A DNA stretch of 64,000 bases, from contig JBAUHI010000032.1 of NCBI GenBank assembly GCA_049680185.1, positions 3,767 through 67,766 of the forward strand. Direction: 5' to 3'. Below, one piece after another: positions 24,775 through 33,348 of this stretch. Made by a program: the position numbers and the translations under genes. Each line of letters opens with the position of its first letter. The first letter of the stretch is position 1. The DNA comes from Gemmatimonadales bacterium. Its GTDB lineage: Bacteria > Gemmatimonadota > Gemmatimonadetes > Gemmatimonadales > GWC2-71-9. The notes beneath the pieces were generated by a model that worked only from the letters and a program-made list of their open reading frames with translations, was not told the DNA's origin and ran no database searches.

Positions 24775-25194
24775 ATGGCAGCCCTGACCAGCATCACCCA
24801 GCTCCGCATCGTGCATTGGGCGCTCATCGCGTCGTCGGTGCTCATCACCGCCGTCGTCTGGGGTGCTCGCTCGATACCCGGCGCCGCACCGCCGGCGAAC
24901 CTGGCCACGGCGAGCATCCTCTACGTCGGCATCGCCGTAGGCGTGCTGGCCCTGACGATCGCGATGGCGGCGTGGCGCACGATCGTGCCCTACCAGCCCC
25001 CCAGTGAGCTGCGGGAGTGGCTCCAGAACGCCGGCCCCCGGATGATCATCACGTGGGGCCTCTGCGAAGGCGCCGCCGTGGTGGGCGGCATCACCTACTT
25101 CACGACAGGCAACGCGTGGGCATGTGGCGTGCTATCCGTTGCCGCCATCCTCGCAGTCATTTACCACTCACCGAGGAAGCTTGCCACATCGTGA
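24775..25194 (+). CDS. hypothetical membrane protein
   Basis: 139 aa with four hydrophobic helices. No family recognised. Confidence 0.55.
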   Translation: MAALTSITQLRIVHWALIASSVLITAVVWGARSIPGAAPPANLATASILYVGIAVGVLALTIAMAAWRTIVPYQPPSELREWLQNAGPRMIITWGLCEGAAVVGGITYFTTGNAWACGVLSVAAILAVIYHSPRKLATS

Positions 25195-25364
25195 CTTTGA
25201 GCTCCCCCGCCTATCCCACTCAGGACCCGAAGCTCGCTGTCACAAATGACGACACCTGTGCCTCCAGACCCAGCCCTACAGTGGGCGATTCTGAGGAGTT
25301 GATGCCGAAGCTGTTCGATAGTTGACACTCCAGCTCCACGCTCGCCCTCTCTGGTTGCCTTGCT

Positions 25365-25393
25365 GATGGTCACGTCATATGCTCCGTTGCCGC
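25365..25393 (+). promoter_or_regulatory. candidate sigma-70 promoter for the M42 peptidase gene
   Basis: TTGCCT at 25365-25370, 17-nt spacer, TATGCT at 25388-25393, in a locally AT-richer gap. Confidence 0.3.
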
Positions 25394-25448
25394 GATCATA
25401 TCTGTGCCAAGCGACCGACACCTTCACCGTCACCCCCTGGCGATCACC

Positions 25449-26594
25449 ATGCCTTCGTTCCTCCACACCCTCCTCGACTCCCCTGGCCCCTCCGGCTTCG
25501 AGACCGCTCCCGCTCGCCTCTGGCGCAAGGAGGCGGAGTCATTCGCCGATGACGTCCACGGCGATGTCCACGGGAATTCGTACGCGAGCGTCTTCGCAAC
25601 AGGCGAGAAGCGGGTGAAGAGCGGGCGGAAAGCGGGTGGACCGACTGGCACCGCCCACGACTCACGACCCACGACGCCGACGATCATGTTCGCCGGCCAC
25701 ATCGACGAGATCGGCCTGATGGTGGTCCACATCGACGAGAAAGGGTTCCTCACCTTCGACGGCATCGGCGGGTGGGACACCCAGGTCTTCGTGGGGCAAC
25801 GCGTCACGATCCTTGGCCGCAAGGGCCCCGTTCCCGGCGTCATCGGCAAGAAGGCGATCCACCTGATCGACAAGGACGATCGCGACAAGGTCTCCAAGAC
25901 AGACGACCTCTGGATCGACATCGGCGCCCGGAAGAGGGCCGAGGCGGAAAGCAAAGTCCGGGTGGGAGACGCCGGGGTGCTCACCTCGAAGGTGGAAGAA
26001 CTCCCCAACGGCAGGCTCGTAAGCCGAGCACTCGACAACCGCGTCGGCGCCTATGTGGTGCTCGAAGCGCTGCGCTTGATCGCCAAGGGTAAGTCACGCG
26101 CCACCCGCCACCCACCACAGGTGAACGTGACGGCGGTGGCAACGACGCAAGAAGAGATCGGTTACACCGGTGGCGGCGCCCGCACCTCCGCCACCACACT
26201 CGACGCCACGGTCGCCATCGCGGTCGACGTGACCCATGCCACCGACTATCCCGGCATCGAAAAGCGGAAGCACGGCGACTTCAAGCTCGGTGGCGGTCCG
26301 GTCCTCTCTCGCGGCTCCGCGGTCAATCCCGCCGTGTTCGATCTGCTGGTGGCGGCGGCAGAGCGGGAGAAGATCCCCTACACCGTGGAGGCGGCCCCCC
26401 GCGCCACCCATACCGACGCCGACAACATCTTCACCGCCCACCGCGGCGTCGCGACGGGCCTCGTGAGCGTCCCGCTCCGGTATATGCACTCGCCCAACGA
26501 GATGGTGGCCATGGAAGACCTGGAGCGCGCCGCTCGACTCCTGGCCGCATTCGCTAGGAGCGTGGGGCCGGAGACGAGTTTTGTGCCTCGGTGA
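25449..26594 (+). CDS. M42-family aminopeptidase (FrvX/TET-like)
   Basis: ATG 25449 (MPSFLHTLLDSPGPSGFE). Contains FAGHIDEIGLMV, ALDNRVG and TTQEEIGYTGG. Carries an unusual ~24-codon insertion at 25605-25676. Confidence 0.85.
   Translation: MPSFLHTLLDSPGPSGFETAPARLWRKEAESFADDVHGDVHGNSYASVFATGEKRVKSGRKAGGPTGTAHDSRPTTPTIMFAGHIDEIGLMVVHIDEKGFLTFDGIGGWDTQVFVGQRVTILGRKGPVPGVIGKKAIHLIDKDDRDKVSKTDDLWIDIGARKRAEAESKVRVGDAGVLTSKVEELPNGRLVSRALDNRVGAYVVLEALRLIAKGKSRATRHPPQVNVTAVATTQEEIGYTGGGARTSATTLDATVAIAVDVTHATDYPGIEKRKHGDFKLGGGPVLSRGSAVNPAVFDLLVAAAEREKIPYTVEAAPRATHTDADNIFTAHRGVATGLVSVPLRYMHSPNEMVAMEDLERAARLLAAFARSVGPETSFVPR
25605..25676 (+). repeat. in-frame repeat-like insertion inside the M42 gene
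   Basis: GAGAAGCGGGTGAAGAGCGGGCGGAAAGCGGGTGG..CACCGCCCACGACTCACGACCCACGAC. The left part matches the oligomer tract at 22041-22105. Encodes EKRVKSGRKAGGPTGTAHDSRPTT. Confidence 0.6.
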
Positions 26595-26775
26595 GCTTGC
26601 AGCTATCGGCTGTCAGGTGCTCTAGAAACACACGAGCCTCCGTGGACCTCCACGGGGGCTCGCTGATTTAGTTCTGCCTGATAGCTGATAGCTGTTAGCT
26701 GATATCTGTTAGCTGCTAGCTGCTCGCTGCTCGCTGCTCGCTGCTCGCTGCTCGCTGCTAGCTGCAAGCTGCAAG
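26595..26775. repeat. AGCTGATAGCTG/GCTGCTC oligomer palindromic element
   Basis: The outermost GCTTGCAGCT (26595-26604) pairs with AGCTGCAAGC (26764-26773). Central hairpin GAGCCTCCGTG-gacctc-CACGGGGGCTC at 26635-26661. Long right arm of CTGATAGCTG and (GCTGCTC)n at 26678-26775. Confidence 0.85.
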
Positions 26776-28332
26776 CTACCCGCCCGCCTTTGCCACCGCC
26801 TCGCGCACATCCTTGTCGCTGTCCAACGCAAGTTCCGCCAGCGCCGCCTGCGCCACGGGGCCGCCGGCCAGCTGCAGCCCCTCGATGGCCCAGATCCGCT
26901 GCGCCACCGGCTTCCGCTTGAAGAGCTTTCCGCCGGGACTCGCCATCCGGATCAGCGCTTGCACCCCCTCGGCCGATCCGCTCCGCCCCACCGAGTAGCA
27001 CACCTCGCGAAGGACCTCGGGCACGCTCTCTTCTTCCAGGATCGACACCAACCGGAGTCCGAGCGCCGGGAGCTTCTTCCCGTCGATCACCAACACGGCC
27101 TGCAAGCGCACCCCCGGCGCTGGATCCCGGAGTGCCGTGCGCAGTGGCTCGACGGTGCCGGGGGTGCCGATCTTGGCGAGCGCCACGATCGCGGCGCGCT
27201 TGACCCGCTCATCGGGGTGGGTCACATGTCGCGCCAGCACCGGCACCGCCGTCACGAGCTTGAGCTCACCGCACAGCTCCGCCACGTTCCGGATCACGAA
27301 CCAGTCGCCATGTTCCAGCGTCTTGACGACGACATCCGATCCGTGGGCCGACTCGACCAGCGCGTCAAAATAGTGGCGCCGCTCGATGATGGTGGGTGCT
27401 GAGGCCAGAAGGTCGAGCAACACGTCGGTGGCACTGTCGCCCATCCGGGCCATCACCAGCAATGCGTCGCGCTTGCGCTCGGGTTGCGGCACGAAACGCG
27501 CGATCTCCTCCAGCGTCCTCCGTGGGAGGAGCCGCTTGAGCGCGATGTTGTACATCCGTGCCACTTCCTTCGACCCCGCCTGCGGCTCCGCCTCCACCAC
27601 CCGCACCGCCGCACGGAGGATCCCGTCCCAGTCGGCCTTGAGCGCCGCGGCGTCAGCGCTCCCGGCCAACTCGCTGAGCAAGTGGGTCACGGCGGCGCCG
27701 GCGGGATCCGCGGCGATCGCCAGCGAGAGCTCGTCGATCCGGGCGGTCACGTCGTTGGCCGAAGGGACATAGTGCATCATCCCGCCGTCCTCGGGTGTCA
27801 TCCCACCAGGGCCGAGTGCCGGCAGCTCGACCGAACCACGCGGCGGTGCCGACCCGATCACCTTCCGTGGCACCTCTCGTGGCGGGCCTGCCGTCGCTGC
27901 ATCGGTGGACCCCAGCGCTGACACGGCCGGGCCCGACGACTCTGCCGCCGCCAGCCGGAACTGGCTCGCGCCCGGCTCGCCGACCGCGGTGATGAACTCT
28001 TGGATGTGACGATAGGTGCCGGCGGGCGCCGCAAGCGCCCGCAGGAGCGAGAGGAGCGGTCCCGCGCCGGTGCCTTCCGGCAGGATGATCTCGCCGACGC
28101 CGTGCTGCAGCATCTGGCGAGCGAACGCCGCTGCCTCGGTGGCTTCTTCCGGTGCCAGGATGCCCTGGTACGCCAGCCCCTCGGACGTGGCGCCCAACTC
28201 CACCGGGCTCACACCCAGCGTGGTCACGAGCGCGCGGAACGCCGCCTTGTGCTCCTCCTTCGCGCCAGGACGATCGCGCAGAAGGACGACGACATTCCAG
28301 ATCTCGGAGACCACCGACAGGGGAGCGCTCAT
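26776..28332 (-). CDS. HEAT-repeat protein
   Basis: 518 aa. The C-terminal half has PVLARHVTHPDERVKRAAIVALAKIG, LRDPAPGVRLQAV and DSDKDVREAVAKA repeats. The N-terminal half is unassigned. Confidence 0.65.
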   Translation of the reverse strand: MSAPLSVVSEIWNVVVLLRDRPGAKEEHKAAFRALVTTLGVSPVELGATSEGLAYQGILAPEEATEAAAFARQMLQHGVGEIILPEGTGAGPLLSLLRALAAPAGTYRHIQEFITAVGEPGASQFRLAAAESSGPAVSALGSTDAATAGPPREVPRKVIGSAPPRGSVELPALGPGGMTPEDGGMMHYVPSANDVTARIDELSLAIAADPAGAAVTHLLSELAGSADAAALKADWDGILRAAVRVVEAEPQAGSKEVARMYNIALKRLLPRRTLEEIARFVPQPERKRDALLVMARMGDSATDVLLDLLASAPTIIERRHYFDALVESAHGSDVVVKTLEHGDWFVIRNVAELCGELKLVTAVPVLARHVTHPDERVKRAAIVALAKIGTPGTVEPLRTALRDPAPGVRLQAVLVIDGKKLPALGLRLVSILEEESVPEVLREVCYSVGRSGSAEGVQALIRMASPGGKLFKRKPVAQRIWAIEGLQLAGGPVAQAALAELALDSDKDVREAVAKAGG

Positions 28333-28366
28333 AGGATGCGGCCAGCCGACCGCCGCCAGAAGCTAT

Positions 28367-29170
28367 TCACGCCCCAAGACCCCGGCAACGAGCGGCCAGC
28401 GCCTCGACGAGGTCGCCCCATCGCAGCGACCGGGCCGGCGCCTCCAGACGGCGGATGAGCGCTGCACCCGCCGGGAGCGGTGCCAGCCCGGCGCGGCCGA
28501 GCACCTGATCGATCGGCGCATCGGCAACGACCCGACCGCCATCGAGCGCGATGCCACGATCAGCGAGTTCGGCCGCAAAGCCGGGGTCATGGGTCACGGC
28601 GATGATGGCGGTACCCTGCGACCTGCGGGCGCGGAGCGCCGTCACGACGCGGGCCCGCGCCGAACGGTCAAGGGTCGCCGTCGGCTCGTCCAGCAGCAGG
28701 AGCCTCGGCTCCAGCGCCAGCACTCCTGCCAGCGCCACCAACCGGCGCTTAGGCAACGGAAGATCGTACGGATGGACCGCCGCCACATCCAGGAGGTCGA
28801 GCTCCGCCAGCGATCGCTCGACCGCCGCATCGATCCGCGCGGCGTCCCACCCGAGCGTCTCGGGGCCGAACCGCACATCGTCCCGGACCATCCGACGAAA
28901 GAGCTGATCCTCCGGCCGCTGGAAGAGGAACCCCACGGTTCCCGTCAGGTCCTCGGGATGGAGTCCCCCGGTCGACCGGCCACCGATCTCGATCGTCCCC
29001 GACCGCGGCTGCCGGAATGCCATCAGGAGCCGGAGAAGCGTCGTCTTTCCGGCACCATTGGGCCCCAGCAGCGCGATGCCCTCCCCAGCGGCGACCTCGA
29101 ACGACACGCCAGCAAGCGTCTCCCGCTCGGCGTACCCGAAGCATAGGTCCCGCACGCGGACAAAGGTCAT
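28367..29170 (-). CDS. ECF-transporter ATPase (EcfA-type), canonical
   Basis: Contains GPNGAGKTTLL, RRLVALAGVLA, LLLLDEPTATLD and IIAVTHD. 4-nt overlap with the upstream ATPase gene. Confidence 0.85.
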   Translation of the reverse strand: MTFVRVRDLCFGYAERETLAGVSFEVAAGEGIALLGPNGAGKTTLLRLLMAFRQPRSGTIEIGGRSTGGLHPEDLTGTVGFLFQRPEDQLFRRMVRDDVRFGPETLGWDAARIDAAVERSLAELDLLDVAAVHPYDLPLPKRRLVALAGVLALEPRLLLLDEPTATLDRSARARVVTALRARRSQGTAIIAVTHDPGFAAELADRGIALDGGRVVADAPIDQVLGRAGLAPLPAGAALIRRLEAPARSLRWGDLVEALAARCRGLGA

Positions 29171-30012
29171 GTTCGCATGACCCTGGCGGCTGCGCCCTCC
29201 AGAGTGAGCGGCACGCCGCCACGTGCCATCCCGGGCGCGTGCTCCGTCGCCGCGCGCCAGAGTTCTCCCACGGTGGTGCTCCCCGCGCCCAGCGCCCAGC
29301 AGCCATCGCTCGCGAGTACGGCAGCAGGTGCACCGTCCAACGCGACCTGTCCGTGCTCGAGCACGATGATCCGATCGGCCACCTCCAGCACGCCATCCGC
29401 ATCCTCGGTGGCGATCACCACCGCGGCACCGCGCCGCGCCTCCTCACGGAAGAGGGCGTACGCTCCGGCCCGCGCCGCAGGATCGAGTGCCGAGGCGGGC
29501 TCATCGAGCAGCCAGACCGCCGGTGCCAGCACCAGCATCGCCGCGAGTACCACCCGCTGCAGCTCTCCGCCGGACAGCTCGTTGGGCACTCGCTGGGCCA
29601 GGTGGCCGGCGCCGACCCGCGCCAGCGCATGCATCACGGCCGCCTCGATCCGGTCGCGCTCCCATCCGAGGTTGGCCGGCGCGAATGCCACCTCGTCAAA
29701 TACCGATTCGGCAAGTCCCGACAGCTGCAGGTGCGGCTGGGCCGAGACGTAGCCGATGCGTCCGGCGAGCGCCGCCCGGTGCGCGATGTCGCCGGGGTCG
29801 AGCTCGCCGACCCGGACCGAACCGGTCCGCTTGCCGCCGGTCAGGATCGGCGCAAAGCCTCCAGCCGCGAGCAAGAGAGTGCTCGAGCCGGCGCCGAGCT
29901 TCCCGAAGAGCCAGGTGACCTGACCGGCTGCGAAGGAGATCGACAGGTCACGGAGCGCTGGCGTACCTGCACCCGGATAGGAAAAGCTCACGCCATCGAA
30001 TCGGATCATCAT
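29167..30012 (-). CDS. ECF-transporter ATPase paralog with degenerate nucleotide site
   Basis: The Walker A position reads GKLGAGSSTLL, with Ser where the conserved Lys is expected. The H-loop reads VVIATEDADG, with Glu in place of His. Signature LSGGELQRV and Walker B WLLDEPASALD are retained. Confidence 0.8.
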   Translation of the reverse strand: MMIRFDGVSFSYPGAGTPALRDLSISFAAGQVTWLFGKLGAGSSTLLLAAGGFAPILTGGKRTGSVRVGELDPGDIAHRAALAGRIGYVSAQPHLQLSGLAESVFDEVAFAPANLGWERDRIEAAVMHALARVGAGHLAQRVPNELSGGELQRVVLAAMLVLAPAVWLLDEPASALDPAARAGAYALFREEARRGAAVVIATEDADGVLEVADRIIVLEHGQVALDGAPAAVLASDGCWALGAGSTTVGELWRAATEHAPGMARGGVPLTLEGAAARVMRT

Positions 30013-30767
30013 CGGGAGACCCGCCAGATGACCGCCACGACGACTGCAAGCACCGAGCCCCAGCGCACCACCCGGTCGAGTGGCGTGTCCACCGGCGGCG
30101 CGAGCGGTGTCCGCCGCGCGCCCGGTGCGGTCACCGCGGCAATGGCGCGGCCCTCGAGCGCCACGGCCCGGTCGTCGGCGTCCGCGAGCGCCCCGAGGAT
30201 GAGCGGCAGGGTGAGGGGGACGAGCGACGTGACACGCTGCACGATCGAGCCCTGTACCCGGAGCCCACGCGACCGCTGCGCGTCGCGGATCAACGTCGCC
30301 CGCTGACGCAACCGGGGGATCGTCTGCAACGTGGCGGCGACGAGATAGGCCGCCGCGAAGGGCCAGCGCCGTGCTGCAGCCGCGTCGACGAAACGCGAGG
30401 CACGGAATCCGCGGAGGGCCAGCATCGACGCTACCACGATCGCCGTGAGGCGGGCACCCTGCGCCAGTGCCTCGTCGAGCCCCGCGATCGACAGCGTCAC
30501 CGGTCCCCAGGTGGTGAACGGCGCATCACCGAGTACGCCCTGCACCAGGAGGAGCAGGAGCCAGAGCGGCAGTACGATGATGAGCGAGGGCGTGAGCGAT
30601 CCGGGGTCGCCGAGAACGGCGGCGACCGCGATGACGAGCAACGCCAGGACGACCGGCCCGATCGACGCTGGCAGCAGGAACGCCAGGACCACCACGGCGA
30701 CGGTGACCGTGAGCGACGTGAACGGGTGCGCCCGGGCCACGAGCGACCCGGACGCGGTCGACGTCAC
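30009..30767 (-). CDS. ECF-transporter transmembrane component (EcfT/CbiQ family)
   Basis: GTG 30767 overlaps the upstream stop as GTGA. Multi-helix protein with a conserved Arg-rich coupling region (RDAQRSRGL, ADADDRAVALEGR). Confidence 0.75.
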   Translation of the reverse strand: MTSTASGSLVARAHPFTSLTVTVAVVVLAFLLPASIGPVVLALLVIAVAAVLGDPGSLTPSLIIVLPLWLLLLLVQGVLGDAPFTTWGPVTLSIAGLDEALAQGARLTAIVVASMLALRGFRASRFVDAAAARRWPFAAAYLVAATLQTIPRLRQRATLIRDAQRSRGLRVQGSIVQRVTSLVPLTLPLILGALADADDRAVALEGRAIAAVTAPGARRTPLAPPVDTPLDRVVRWGSVLAVVVAVIWRVSR

Positions 30768-31342
30768 GCGTGACGCCCGGTGGCGTCGATGGCGATCGGG
30801 AAGCGACTCGCCATCCGCGCCGGGAGCGCCAGCAGCACCGCTGCCACCAACCCGAATGCGATCCCCTTGTCGACGAGGTCCGTCGAAATGCTCGCGAGCG
30901 TCACGGCCCGCTCGAGCGACAGGCCGAGGGAACGAAAGAGGGCGCCAAGCGCGGTGACGCCGGGCGCGGTGACGCCCTTGAAGAGCGAATAGGCAATGAC
31001 CGACGAGAGCGTGCCGCCGAGCAGGCCGCAAAAGGCGCCCCACCCGACCGCGCGCAGGATCGAGCGGAATCCCGAACGCCCCGCCGCGGCCGCGGCGACC
31101 AGCACGATCAGCACCTGGATCGGCAGGAATGCGAGCCACATCATCTGACCCGACAGGAGTGCCGTAAGCACCTGACTCAGGGCGCCGGTGAGCACCCCGG
31201 CCAGCGGGCCGAGGAGCGTCGTGACCAGGATGGTGCCGACGGAGTCGAGATAGATCGGCAGCCCGAGTTCCTGGACGATCTTTCCCATCGCCACGTTTAG
31301 GGCGATGCAGGTCGGCACCAGGGCCAGGAGGCGTGTATTCAC
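30764..31342 (-). CDS. ECF-transporter substrate-specific (S) component, substrate unknown
   Basis: 192 aa, six hydrophobic helices, LGLPIYLDSVGTILV motif. First gene of a four-gene unit with 4-nt overlaps. Confidence 0.7.
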   Translation of the reverse strand: MNTRLLALVPTCIALNVAMGKIVQELGLPIYLDSVGTILVTTLLGPLAGVLTGALSQVLTALLSGQMMWLAFLPIQVLIVLVAAAAAGRSGFRSILRAVGWGAFCGLLGGTLSSVIAYSLFKGVTAPGVTALGALFRSLGLSLERAVTLASISTDLVDKGIAFGLVAAVLLALPARMASRFPIAIDATGRHA

Positions 31343-31401
31343 CGGATGGATTCTATCGGGTGCGGGCGGCAGTGGAAATGGGGCGTTATCTTCCCGAAAC
31401 T

Positions 31402-32673
31402 ATGCGCTTCCATGCTGCCATCGCACTCGTCCTCGCCCTCGGCGCCACGGCACCGCTCCACGCCCAGCAGGCCGCCGAGGCCCGGGATCTTCTGAACGAC
31501 GTCAAGTTCCTTGCCTCGGACGCCCTCCAGGGCCGCAAGATCGGCACCCCGGGCGCCGACACCGCCGCAGCCTACCTGGCCCGACGGTTCGAGGCCGCCG
31601 GCCTGCAACCCGCGCCGGGCGGCTGGTTCCAGCGCTTCACCGTCGACCCCAACGCGCCGGCGACCCAGCACAGCGGCATCGGCGGCGCCACCGGGGAGAA
31701 CGTGATCGGGATCGTGCCCGGCCGTGACCCGCACCTCCAGGACCAGGTGATCGTGGTCGGCGCGCACTACGATCATCTGGGACTCGGCGGGTTCGGTGCC
31801 CTCGACCCCGACAGCACCGGCAAGGTCCACAACGGCGCCGACGACAACGCCTCGGGTTCCGCCGCACTCGTGGCGATCGCCCGCCATGTTGCCGCCCACC
31901 GACCCGCGCGCACCGTCGTGTTCATCGCGTTCAGCGGTGAGGAGGAGGGACTCCTCGGGAGCGACTGGTACGTCAAGCATCCGCTCTACCCGCTCGAGCA
32001 CACCGTCGCGATGATCAACCTCGACATGGTCGGACGGCTCCGCAACGCCCGGCTCATCGTGTACGGCTCCGCCACCGCCACCGAATGGCCGGCGCTCCTC
32101 GACTCGCTCAACCGGACCGCGCGCTTCGACCTGAAGGAACATGGCGACGGGTACGGACCCAGCGACCAGTCGTCGTTCTACGCGCGGCACCTGCCGGTGC
32201 TCTACCTGTTCACCGACCTGCATGCCGACTACCACCGGTCCACCGACGACTGGCAGAAGATCAACGCCGACGGGCTCGCCCGTGTGGCCGATTTTGCCGC
32301 CGCGATCGCGACGGCCGTGGCCGACCGGCACAGCGGACTGACGTTCGTCGATGTGCCGCAGCCGAGCGTCCAGGCCGACACCATGCCGGTCGTCACCTCG
32401 GGCTACGGCGCCTACCTCGGCACCATCCCGGACATGAGCGAGAGCCCTGGCGGCGTCGCGATCACCGGTGTCCATGCCGGAAGTCCGGCGGAGAAGGCCG
32501 GCCTGCTCGGCGGTGACGTGATCATCAAGATGGACGGCCACACCGTCGCCGACCTGATGGGAATGACCGAGGTACTGCGGGCCCACAAGGCGGGAGATAC
32601 CATCGAGATCGTCGTGCGGCGCAATGCCACCGACATCGTGACCCACGCCACCCTCGGCGTCCGGCACGACTGA
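31402..32673 (+). CDS. M28-family metallopeptidase with C-terminal PDZ domain, secreted
   Basis: ATG 31402 (MRFHAAIALVLALGATAPLHA). Contains AHYDHLG, GADDNASGSAAL and FSGEEEGLLGS. PDZ-like GVHAGSPAEKAGLLGGDVIIKMDG. Confidence 0.85.
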   Translation: MRFHAAIALVLALGATAPLHAQQAAEARDLLNDVKFLASDALQGRKIGTPGADTAAAYLARRFEAAGLQPAPGGWFQRFTVDPNAPATQHSGIGGATGENVIGIVPGRDPHLQDQVIVVGAHYDHLGLGGFGALDPDSTGKVHNGADDNASGSAALVAIARHVAAHRPARTVVFIAFSGEEEGLLGSDWYVKHPLYPLEHTVAMINLDMVGRLRNARLIVYGSATATEWPALLDSLNRTARFDLKEHGDGYGPSDQSSFYARHLPVLYLFTDLHADYHRSTDDWQKINADGLARVADFAAAIATAVADRHSGLTFVDVPQPSVQADTMPVVTSGYGAYLGTIPDMSESPGGVAITGVHAGSPAEKAGLLGGDVIIKMDGHTVADLMGMTEVLRAHKAGDTIEIVVRRNATDIVTHATLGVRHD

Positions 32674-33128
32674 TGCCGGTGCTCGATGGCGACCGGCTCG
32701 TCGGCGCACTCCGGGGCGCCTTTGCCCGTGAGGTGGGCCGGACCGCCCTGCTCCAACTGGCCGCCGACCGGATCCGCGCCGCCGGCGCGCCGTACACCTC
32801 CGCCTACCTCTATATGCTGGTCGGCGGGGAGCTGGTGCTAGAGGCCCACAGCGGCCGGGACACCGAGCACACCCGCATCCCCGTCGGCACGGGCGTCTGC
32901 GGCACCGCGGTGGCCACCGGACTCGACCAGAACGTGGGAGACATCCGCTCCCGCGAGAACTACCTCGCCTGCAATCTCGACACCCGCTCGGAACTCGTGG
33001 TGCTCATCCGCCTGGGCAGCACCATCCTCGGCCAGATCGACATCGACAGCGACGCCGTCGACCCGTTCACGCCGGAGGAAGAGGCCGAGGTACGAAAGGT
33101 GGCGGATGCGTTGGGGGTGTTGATCTAG
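32673..33128 (+). CDS. GAF-domain protein, free methionine-R-sulfoxide reductase-like
   Basis: TGATG coupling to the upstream gene. GVCGTAV, YLACN, SELVVLI and GQIDIDSD match the fRMsr/YebR pattern. Confidence 0.65.
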   Translation: MPVLDGDRLVGALRGAFAREVGRTALLQLAADRIRAAGAPYTSAYLYMLVGGELVLEAHSGRDTEHTRIPVGTGVCGTAVATGLDQNVGDIRSRENYLACNLDTRSELVVLIRLGSTILGQIDIDSDAVDPFTPEEEAEVRKVADALGVLI

Positions 33129-33348
33129 GAAGCGATCGGCTAACGGCGGCTATCAGCTATCGGCTATCAGCTATCGGCTGACAGCCAACTGCTCTGGCTA
33201 TCGGTTGTCAGCGATCAGCGGGCCCGAACGCGAGCAAGCCCCCGGCGTCTACGTCGGAGGCTTGGTTGTCACAGGAGCGTGCTGATAGCTGATGGCTGAT
33301 AGCTGATAGCTGCTAGCTCCTAGCTGATAACTGCTAGCCTCGAAGACC
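33129..33348. repeat. AGCTGATAGCTG oligomer palindromic element (second copy of family)
   Basis: Left arm 33131-33219 (CTATCAGCTATCGGCTATCAGCTATCGGCTGACAGCC...). Central hairpin AAGCCCCCG..CGGAGGCTT at 33236-33263. Right arm 33281-33339 (GCTGATAGCTGATGGCTGATAGCTGATAGCTG...). Confidence 0.85.

Noticed and set aside
25161-25466. A 101-aa minus-strand ORF in the AT-richer gap before the M42 gene.
   Set aside because: It has no RBS and no recognisable motif. It overlaps the M42 start and a plausible promoter. The composition shift is better explained as a promoter region.
31343-31401. A riboswitch upstream of the ECF transporter S-component gene.
   Set aside because: Only 59 nt separate the divergent start codons. 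That is too short for known vitamin riboswitches, and no conserved riboswitch core was recognised.
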